This document shows, piece by piece, positions 56,764-64,000 of a DNA stretch of 64,000 bases. Location of the stretch: contig JBFWNU010000006.1 in NCBI GenBank assembly GCA_050250895.1, forward strand, positions 529,902-593,901, in the 5' to 3' direction. The stretch's first letter is position 1; each line of letters opens with the position of its first letter. Origin of the DNA: Vulcanimicrobiota bacterium (GTDB lineage Bacteria > Vulcanimicrobiota > Xenobia > Xenobiales > JADMJV01). A program made the position numbers and the translations under genes. Below the pieces are notes generated by a model. That model was not told the origin of the DNA. It did no database searches and saw only the letters and a program-made list of their open reading frames with translations.

Positions 56764-57246
56764 ATGAAAGTCGGAGGCGCTGGCGGCGCTCAAAAGGCGG
56801 CTGCCCAAAAACCCAAAAAAGGCCAGAAAGCCGGTGGCGGCGGCGGCGGTGGCGGTGAAGAGCAGCAGCAGAAGGCTGACGAGAAGAAGCAGATGGGCGA
56901 AGCCCTGGTCAGCCAGGCCATCGAAGGAACGAACAAGACCTTCGAAGCCTCGATGAAGACCAGCAGTGCCTGTACCGGGCTGGGCGGCGGCGGTGAAGCC
57001 GGGCCCGTGGGTGGAAAGATTGAAGGCCTCAAAGGAACTGCTCCTGCCCCGGGTGCGGGCGGGGCCGGAGGCCCCGGCGGAATGGAAGGCATGGGTGGCG
57101 GCGATCCCATGGGTGGCATGGGCGGCATGGGAGGCGGCGACAGCTTCATGGGAACTCCCTCCCCCATCGCCAACGAGATGCCGTCGATGGGCGGCCAGGC
57201 CACCGCTGAGGGGATCGGACAGAACTTCGCCGGAGCGGCCTTCTAG
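56764..57246 (+). CDS. Gly/Met-rich low-complexity protein (paralog A)
   Basis: AGGAG RBS; core KADEKKQMGEALVS..KTF..SSACTGLGGGGEA..KIEGLKGTAP is shared with 58909-59354. Confidence 0.8.
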   Translation: MKVGGAGGAQKAAAQKPKKGQKAGGGGGGGGEEQQQKADEKKQMGEALVSQAIEGTNKTFEASMKTSSACTGLGGGGEAGPVGGKIEGLKGTAPAPGAGGAGGPGGMEGMGGGDPMGGMGGMGGGDSFMGTPSPIANEMPSMGGQATAEGIGQNFAGAAF

Positions 57247-58757
57247 CGCCCCTTTAGCACCTCGAAGTCAACGTGGCCGGCCTCGGCGTCGACGCGTTTG
57301 AGTTTGACCTTGACCCGGTCCCCGATATCAAGACCGTTGAAATTGCCCTGGACCAACTTGCCCTCGACCTTCATGCCGGCCAGGCGCACCCAGGTGCCCT
57401 TCTCGGCAGCGCCGGTTACGGTGGCGTCAAAGGTCTGGCCGACTCGCGAAGACATAGCCATTGCATCCTTGCACTTGTACATCTGACGCTCGACTTTGGC
57501 GATATCATCCACCCGCCGATTCAGGTGAGCGGCCAGTTGCTCGAGTTCTTTGACATCCGGTGGAGCCTGACCGTCGCAAGCGGCTTTGATCAGTCGCTGC
57601 ACGGTGAGCGCGCCGTAGTCACGCGAAGGCGAGGTCGCGCGCGTGGTCTGCTCTTCGGCCAGGCGATAATCTTGAGGAAAGTCCTGCGCCGGGGCCTTCA
57701 CGGCCAGATGGGTCCGGCCTAGAATCTTCTCGACCGAGATCGACAGTTCAGCGTAGTCGTCCCGCGACAGCCGGCCCTTGGCCTGGCCCAGATACTTCTT
57801 GAGCGCTCCGGGGGACGGCTCGGCGGGAAGACCGCCGCCGTTGCGTTGGGCCAGGGTCACCAGGCGGTCCCAGCGCGCCGGCTGACCGAGGGACTGGAAG
57901 AGGACCGGGTAGCCTTTGGCCTGCAGAAAGTCGATGGTACTCTCACCGGCGGTGACCATCAATTCTTCAATCATATCGCGGGCCGGCCGGCTCCCATCGC
58001 TCATGCCGACCAGTTCGTTGGCCTGACGGCGTCCGCGCAGCCGGCTGGCGGCCTCGGCCTGAAGTTCCATCTGGGCCCCGGTTTGATGATGCGGAAACGT
58101 GCCGTTGAGCCAGTTCTCGACCTGGCTGTATTGAAGCTGACCGTGGTTGACCACGCGAGCCCGGTAGCAGTCGAACGACTCGACGCTTCCGTCTTTGCCG
58201 ACCACGAACTCAGTCACCACCGAAAGACGCTCTTGATTCTTCTGAAACGAAGTCTGGTCGAGCAGTTCCCAGGGAAACATCGGAAAATTGCGACCCTGGG
58301 TATAGGCCGCTTTGCCGTTGTTGCGCGCGCGCGAGTCGAGAGCGCCGTCGCGAGGGACCGCGGCGTCCACGTCAGAGACCGCCACCCGCACCCGAATCGA
58401 CCCGTTGTCGAGCCGCTCGGCCACGGTCAATTGCTCGGCGTTGCTGGTGCCCCGGTTATCGGTGGCCATCCACGGCAAAGCGCCCAGGTCACGGATCTTG
58501 GGGTCTCGGTCGGTGGCCGGACGGCCAATCACCTCGGCCAGGGCCTGAGAGGAGAAGCCGGGCTCGAGCCCTCGGTCCTCCATGGCCTTTTCAGAGAGTC
58601 TCTCCAGGCGATTTCGTTGGTGGTTGCGACCGGCCGGATGGAACATGGCCAGCCCTGGACGCGAGGCCACGAAGCTGTCTCGTGGTGAAAACGCCGGGGA
58701 AGCGAAGGATGCCCGATGAGCGGCCAGGTTAGCGGGGGTGTAGGAGCCTACGAGCAT
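57243..58757 (-). CDS. RNB-domain (RNase II/R-like) protein with S1 domain and degenerate active site
   Basis: VAVSDVDAAV, FPMFP, MIEELMV, C-terminal VGQTFDATVTG..GTWVRL S1 domain; catalytic motif reads TDNRGTSNAEQ. Confidence 0.85.
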   Translation of the reverse strand: MLVGSYTPANLAAHRASFASPAFSPRDSFVASRPGLAMFHPAGRNHQRNRLERLSEKAMEDRGLEPGFSSQALAEVIGRPATDRDPKIRDLGALPWMATDNRGTSNAEQLTVAERLDNGSIRVRVAVSDVDAAVPRDGALDSRARNNGKAAYTQGRNFPMFPWELLDQTSFQKNQERLSVVTEFVVGKDGSVESFDCYRARVVNHGQLQYSQVENWLNGTFPHHQTGAQMELQAEAASRLRGRRQANELVGMSDGSRPARDMIEELMVTAGESTIDFLQAKGYPVLFQSLGQPARWDRLVTLAQRNGGGLPAEPSPGALKKYLGQAKGRLSRDDYAELSISVEKILGRTHLAVKAPAQDFPQDYRLAEEQTTRATSPSRDYGALTVQRLIKAACDGQAPPDVKELEQLAAHLNRRVDDIAKVERQMYKCKDAMAMSSRVGQTFDATVTGAAEKGTWVRLAGMKVEGKLVQGNFNGLDIGDRVKVKLKRVDAEAGHVDFEVLKGR

Positions 58758-58803
58758 GGATTCACTCTATCGCGTCACCCTGAAAGGCAGCTCAAAATCG
58801 AGG

Positions 58804-58824
58804 GGGTTTACAAAGTCTTAACAA
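58804..58824. promoter_or_regulatory. 11-bp-spaced direct-repeat operator between divergent genes
   Basis: GGGTTTACAAAGTCTTAACAA; near-identical to 22050-22070. Confidence 0.6.
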
Positions 58825-58908
58825 TTTTCGAGGCTCATTCAAAGGCCAACCCAAGTCGGGCTCGCTATCCTGAGCGAAGGTTAGCAATTTCAAGGGTAGG
58901 TAGCGGAG

Positions 58909-59354
58909 ATGAAAGTCGGACAGGGTGGCGCCCAGGCGCCTCAAAAGGCGCAGGCCGGTAAAGGCGGCGGCCAGGCTCAGGGCCAACAGGGCCAGCAGCA
59001 GGGCGAAGACAAGAAAGCTGATGAGATGAAACAGTTGGGCGAGGCTCTGGTCAGCGGGCCGTCGACGGCTCCCAGAAAACCTTCGCCGCCGCCAGCAAGG
59101 CCAGTAGCGCCTGCACCGGTCTCGGGGGTGGCGGCGAGGCCAATCCCGTCAGTGGTCGTAAGATCGAAGGCTTGAAGGGCACAGCTCCCTCACCGGCGGC
59201 GGGCGGTGGCTCGCCCATGGGAATGGGTGGCGGCATGGGGATGGGTGGCCTGGACCAATTTTCGGGTTCAGGCGCCTCGCCCATGGCCAGGCCCTCGGGG
59301 GGCGGACGCCAACTGCTCTCCGGCCTGATGAATAACTTCGCCGGGGCTTTCTAG
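58909..59354 (+). pseudogene. Gly/Met-rich protein (paralog B) with a single-base frameshift at ~59056
   Basis: adding one base at AGC-GG-GCC restores colinearity with paralog A through NFAGAF; may be an assembly error. Confidence 0.75.
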
Positions 59355-59929
59355 AGCCCCAGGGTGGGCTGGCTGTTCCAGCGGATCGGGCCGATGGTCA
59401 ATCCTTCCAGCAGCTTGTCCTTGCGATAGCGTCGATAGGCGCGCAGGTCGCTGCTTTCGAGGTCGGCTTCGAACTCGTGGCGGTAAGCTTCGTCCTGGAA
59501 GACAAAGGTCCAGGTGTCCCCTGTCGCCGAGGATTGAACCAGTTTGGCCGTCGCCATGCGTTCGACCAGTTGCTGCAGCAGCGGGATATAGAGCGACGTG
59601 TCCTCGATGTCGCGAGAAGTAATGCTGCGCCGCAACGTAATGAACGATGTCTTCATCTGGACGTACTCGGTCGACAGTTTGGCGTCGTAGAAGATGACCG
59701 TGCCGACCCCCCGCGAGCTGCCCTCGAGAATCTCGGTTCGCACCACCGGGTCTTTGGGCACGGCCTGATAGCGGAACGAGTAGCTTCCTTCCTCACCGCG
59801 ATAGTCATACTGGAAGGAGTAGTCGTGGGCAGCCTGGATCTTGTCGACCACGGCTTGCCAGTGAGGATCGGCCCGAGCCACCGCCAGGGCGCTCAGCCAG
59901 ATCAGACTCAGGATCATTACTCTGCGCAT
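59351..59929 (-). CDS. putative secreted protein (possible LolA-like fold)
   Basis: signal peptide MRRVMILSLIWLSALAVARA; GAGG RBS. Confidence 0.7.
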   Translation of the reverse strand: MRRVMILSLIWLSALAVARADPHWQAVVDKIQAAHDYSFQYDYRGEEGSYSFRYQAVPKDPVVRTEILEGSSRGVGTVIFYDAKLSTEYVQMKTSFITLRRSITSRDIEDTSLYIPLLQQLVERMATAKLVQSSATGDTWTFVFQDEAYRHEFEADLESSDLRAYRRYRKDKLLEGLTIGPIRWNSQPTLGL

Positions 59930-59978
59930 CTCGCCACCTCTCGCCAGGAGAAACAACCACCTCTCAGAACCAGCGGCT

Positions 59979-62258
59979 ATGCATGTAGTTTTCGACGCCA
60001 GGGCCATCAAAACCCGCTTAAATCCGATAACGGAGGGGATTTTACGAATTACAGTCACCCCGAACAGCCAGCCGCCGCGGTTCCCCTCCTGGAACCCTGC
60101 TCGGAGTGACGATCAGTTTGAGGATTTAGCCTTCGAGAGCGACGGCGATCGCCTTCGCCTCAACGAACTCGAAGTGGTCCACTCCGAGGGCCGCCTGGCC
60201 TTCTCGTGGCGCGGCCAGGCGTTCGCTTGCGACCTCGAGACGCCCGTCTTCGAACCGCGCCGCCTCGAGGACTGTCGCGGTCTGTTCGCCCGCTCAGACG
60301 ACGAGCTTCCCCAGAACGCCCGCCTGGGAGGCCGCCTGGTCAAGCAGATGCTGGGTCACGAGGGCTATTTTGGATTTGGCCAGCGCAACCAACCGGTAGA
60401 ACGCTCCCGCTACACCTCCACCAACTGGACCAAAGACCCCGAATGGGGACACACTCGCAAGACCGACCCCACCTATCAGGCCCATCCGACCTTTCTGGTG
60501 GTCAGCCAGGGATTCTGTTGGGGCTTCTTCTTGCAGTCGACCTTCTACAGCCGATTTGACCATGGCGAAACCAGCGCCCACACCATGCGCATCGAGACCC
60601 TGGGTGGACAGCTCGACTATTACCTGTTCTACACCGAGACCCCGGCCGGCATCGTCGAACTTCTGACCCGGCTGACCGGACGACCCATGCTGGTGCCCCT
60701 GTGGGCCCTCGGCTATCACCAGTCGCGCTGGGGTTACCAGGCGGCCGATGAGTTGCTCGAACTCGCCGCCGAGTTTCGTCGCCGCCAACTGCCCATCGAC
60801 GTGCTCCATCTCGACATCGACTACATGGACGGCTACCGCAGTTTCTCGTTTCACCCCGAGCGTTTCGCCGAGCCCGCCACCTTGACCGAAAAAATGGCCA
60901 GGCAGGGCATCCGGGCCGTGACCATCATCGACCCCGGCATCAAACACGACCTCTCCAGCGGCTATGCCACCGCCCGCACCGGCGCGCATCAGAACATGTT
61001 CCTGACCGATGCCACCGGAGCCCCCTACATCGGCTATTGCTGGCCCGACGCGGCCATGTTCCCTGACTTTTCACGCCCTGAGGTGCGCCACTGGTGGGGC
61101 GAGCAACATCGCGGCCATGTCGAGGCGGGCATTGCCGGCATCTGGAACGACATGAACGAGCCGGCCATTTTCGATCGCCCTTTCAGCGCCGGACTGGCCG
61201 GGCATCTTCCCATGCCGCTCGCCCTCGAGTGCGGTCCGGCGGCCGAGCGCACCAATCAAGCAGAACTTCACAACCTCTACGGAAGCCAGATGGCTCAGGC
61301 CACCTTTGAAGGTCTGCGCCGGCTAAGACCCCACCTGCGGCCCTGGGTGCTCACCCGCAGCGCTTTCACCGGCGCTCAACAGCACGCCATCTCGTGGATG
61401 GGCGACAACAGCTCATGGTGGGAGCACCTGGAACAGTCCATCCCTCTGCTGGCCAGCATGGGCCTTGGCGGCTTCGCCCACGTCGGCGTGGATGTGGGAG
61501 GTTTCTTCGGCGACTGCGAGGCCGAACTTTTCGCTCGGTGGCTCGAAGTGGCTCCGTTCTATCCGTTCATGCGCACGCACAGCGCCTTCGGCACGCTCCG
61601 CCAGGAGCCGTGGAGCTTTGGCGAAGACACCGAAGCCATCGCCCGCGAAGCTATCGGCCTGCGCTACCGCCTCCTCCCCTATCTCTACAGCCTCAATCAT
61701 CAGGCTCACTCCACCGGAGAGCCGTTGATGCGTCCGCTGATGTTCGACTTTCCCTGGGACCGGCGCAGCTGGTTTCAGGACGACCAGTTCATGTGCGGAC
61801 CGCACTTGATGGTGGCCCCTGTCGTCAAGCGCGGGCAACGCCACCGGGCCGTCTATTTCCCGCCGGGACAATGGTTTGACTTCTACACCGGCGCCGCTTA
61901 CGAAGGGGGCGCCGCAGTGGCCGTGGAGGCCCCCCTGGGACGAGCCCCCCTCTTCGCCCGGGCCGGGGCGATGGTGCCGATGGGACCGGTTCGCCAGCAT
62001 ACCGGCCAACCGCTGACCGAACTCACCTATCACGTCTTTCCCGGCCAGGGCGAGTTCACGCTCTGGGAAGACGACGGAGAGAGCTGGCAGGCCCCGACGG
62101 CCTCCACCCGACTGGTGGTCAGCCCTTCCGAACTGCTAATCGAAGCCCGCCGTGGCGACTACACTCCACCCCCCCGCCAGGTTCGGGTAGAAAAGCTGGG
62201 ACAGCTCGTGGCCGAGTTCGAAGACGACGGTGGCCGGCGCGCTATTTCCCTGGAGTAG
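59979..62258 (+). CDS. glycoside hydrolase family 31 (alpha-glucosidase)
   Basis: WALGYHQSRW, LDIDYMDG, WNDMNEP, WMGDN, PFMRTHS. Confidence 0.95.
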   Translation: MHVVFDARAIKTRLNPITEGILRITVTPNSQPPRFPSWNPARSDDQFEDLAFESDGDRLRLNELEVVHSEGRLAFSWRGQAFACDLETPVFEPRRLEDCRGLFARSDDELPQNARLGGRLVKQMLGHEGYFGFGQRNQPVERSRYTSTNWTKDPEWGHTRKTDPTYQAHPTFLVVSQGFCWGFFLQSTFYSRFDHGETSAHTMRIETLGGQLDYYLFYTETPAGIVELLTRLTGRPMLVPLWALGYHQSRWGYQAADELLELAAEFRRRQLPIDVLHLDIDYMDGYRSFSFHPERFAEPATLTEKMARQGIRAVTIIDPGIKHDLSSGYATARTGAHQNMFLTDATGAPYIGYCWPDAAMFPDFSRPEVRHWWGEQHRGHVEAGIAGIWNDMNEPAIFDRPFSAGLAGHLPMPLALECGPAAERTNQAELHNLYGSQMAQATFEGLRRLRPHLRPWVLTRSAFTGAQQHAISWMGDNSSWWEHLEQSIPLLASMGLGGFAHVGVDVGGFFGDCEAELFARWLEVAPFYPFMRTHSAFGTLRQEPWSFGEDTEAIAREAIGLRYRLLPYLYSLNHQAHSTGEPLMRPLMFDFPWDRRSWFQDDQFMCGPHLMVAPVVKRGQRHRAVYFPPGQWFDFYTGAAYEGGAAVAVEAPLGRAPLFARAGAMVPMGPVRQHTGQPLTELTYHVFPGQGEFTLWEDDGESWQAPTASTRLVVSPSELLIEARRGDYTPPPRQVRVEKLGQLVAEFEDDGGRRAISLE

Positions 62259-62429
62259 TAGGCGCTCGCTGGTTATAAAACCGCGGAGGTCGCGGGGACC
62301 GCAGAGGCGTGCGCGCTTTAGCCGAGCCAGGGGCTGAAATCGGAATGGCATCTTCGGGAATACGGTAGACGCCAACGGAGCAAGTAAAGGCGCGGGAAAA
62401 TCTGGCGCTTTTAGGTATGATAGCGCGGT

Positions 62430-62825
62430 TTGATCAGGGCCTTCGATCAACGGCCTTGCCAGCGTGCCGACCAGGACTACCTGGAGGTACTCGTGGCCCA
62501 GGATGAGCGTTTCTCCGACGAGGAAGTCGCAGATTTAGCCGACAAGCTTTTTGAAGCCAACCCATTGTTCTTTTATCGTGGCTACTTGGAGCTAGCTGAA
62601 TTCTGCTTGAGGGACGCGGAGGACTGGCCTGTCGATCATGGGTTGGTCAACCGATTGCGAGCCGGGAAAGACTCTCTTGAAGCGAGGCTAGACCAAGCCC
62701 CGGATTGGAACGACCCAACCTTGCTGGCCCTTCTCGCTGAGGTGGATGCTTTGAGGACTGACCTGTTTTCTGAACTGACCCTGATACCCGAGCATCCGGC
62801 CGCGGCCTACAAAGACTGGTATTAG
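62430..62825 (+). CDS. acidic hypothetical protein (possible orphan immunity protein)
   Basis: visibly lower GC than its neighbours; TATGAT just upstream; near the Rhs fragment. Confidence 0.55.
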   Translation: MIRAFDQRPCQRADQDYLEVLVAQDERFSDEEVADLADKLFEANPLFFYRGYLELAEFCLRDAEDWPVDHGLVNRLRAGKDSLEARLDQAPDWNDPTLLALLAEVDALRTDLFSELTLIPEHPAAAYKDWY

Positions 62826-63209
62826 AAGTGTTCTCCGGGCTGTTGCTCGGGTCCTCGGTTCTGGCCGCGCGGTCTCCGACGCGGTGCCCTGGTTGGCGCG
62901 CTGACGTCGGTCGTGGCCGTTGGCGGGCTGGGGCCGGCGGAAATTTGGCGAGCACTCCTGTCAGACAATGTGGTTGGCCGCGGCCAAGCTGGCCAGGGAC
63001 GCCCCGTCCCCCAGGGGATCAAAAAAAATTGCGAGCAGCTAAAAACACCCATCTCGCGACATCGGCAACAAACTTCCCCTCAGAGCCCGGTGAGGGCTCC
63101 CGAGTCGGCTTTTCTCAAGATTTCTGGTTTTCACTTCATCGAGCCGCTTTCAAAGCCCGGAGATCATCACTTAGGAACTCAAAAAAACCTATAACCACGC
63201 CGTTTGTTA

Positions 63210-63251
63210 CTGTTCGTTCTTTTGCTCGAACAGCCCTCGCCTCGGTAGAAT
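63210..63251 (+). promoter_or_regulatory. promoter with overlapping inverted repeat
   Basis: TTGCTC-18 bp-TAGAAT, 6 nt before ATG 63258; CTGTTCG/CGAACAG inverted repeat across the -35. Confidence 0.45.
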
Positions 63252-63257
63252 AGGTGT

Positions 63258-63709
63258 ATGAAACCTCTTCAAGAATACACCCTCGAAGCCCTCATCCATC
63301 TCGAGCCCGAAGCTCTCCATTCCCTGGCCCGCCGCGCTTCCCGCGGCCTGGTCATCCACCGTATCCTGCTCGGACGCTGCCTGCTGGCTCTGCAGGCCAC
63401 CGGCCGCTACCAAGACTTCGGTTGCAGCGGTCCCATCCACTACGCCCGCGGGCTCACACCCGCACGGACCTTGGCTTTGAAGATTCGCGACTGCTACTGC
63501 TGTCAGACCCCGACTGCCCTAACCATATTTGGCTCCAATCGCACCACATCCGCTTCTTCGCTCTGGGCGGCCTGACCGTGCCTGCCAACTTGATCTTCCT
63601 CTGCACGGGCTGCCATCGCAATGTTCACGACGGCTTTCTGTTCATCGAAGGAGCGGCTCCCGACGGCTTGACCTTCCGAGATCGCAAGGGACGCGAATTC
63701 GAGCGTTAG
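63258..63709 (+). pseudogene. HNH endonuclease, frameshifted at ~63510 and probably internally deleted
   Basis: RDCYCCQTP joins DCPNHIWLQSHHI..GG..NLIFLCTGCHRNVH after adding one C to the C4 run. Confidence 0.75.
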
Positions 63710-63714
63710 ACAGC

Positions 63715-64000
63715 TTGGGGCCGAAAGTGGCATACTACGAGCATGACGAGTTCGGCCAGCAGATCGCCTACTCGGGCTCGGTGGTGAGTCCGAAGACCTA
63801 CGTGGGCGGCCTGGGCGTCCACGACGACACCGCCGACACCGGCCTGCTTTACATGCGCCAGCGACACCATGACGCCAGGCTGGGGCGGTTTCTCTCCAGA
63901 GATCCGATCAGCTTTGCGGGTGGTTTGAACCTGTATGGGTATGTTGGCGGTAATCCGGTGAATGGGGTTGACCCGGCGGGCCTCCAGGATACCCCGATCC
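63715..64000 (+). CDS. orphan Rhs repeat-associated core fragment (continues beyond the window)
   Basis: manual translation: YEHDEFG..TGLLYMRQRHHDARLGRFLSRDPISFAGGLNLYGYVGGNPVNGVDPAGL. Confidence 0.88.
   Translation, partial: MGPKVAYYEHDEFGQQIAYSGSVVSPKTYVGGLGVHDDTADTGLLYMRQRHHDARLGRFLSRDPISFAGGLNLYGYVGGNPVNGVDPAGLQDTPI

Overview
GC-rich bacterial chromosomal window with about 70 CDSs; no rRNA, tRNA or CRISPR array was recognised. Gene order (mutL-miaA-hfq-dapF; fabF-rnc; rplS-lepB-ylqF-rnhB) and protein style suggest a Terrabacteria-type lineage, possibly Vulcanimicrobiota/Eremiobacterota (inference). Housekeeping blocks alternate with accessory genes. Most notable: (1) a candidate regulon, with ~11-bp-spaced TTWAC-like direct repeats upstream of about ten genes, mostly encoding signal-peptide-less proteins with disordered N-termini; four share a [DE]x[VF]x(hydrophobic)[SG] motif and four are Gly-rich proteins, three of which end in NF(A/L)G; a soluble FlhA-like (FHIPEP) protein sits at the left edge, suggesting type III-like export; (2) two paralogous Gly/Met-rich genes bracketing a catalytically degenerate RNase II/RNB protein; (3) a phospholipid N-methyltransferase-phosphatidylserine decarboxylase fusion convergent with pssA; (4) a reversed-order M16 peptidase fusion, a pseudokinase, a structured leader RNA candidate, REP-like palindromes, and an HNH remnant abutting an orphan Rhs core at the right edge. 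All assignments come from motif recognition by eye; no database search was run.
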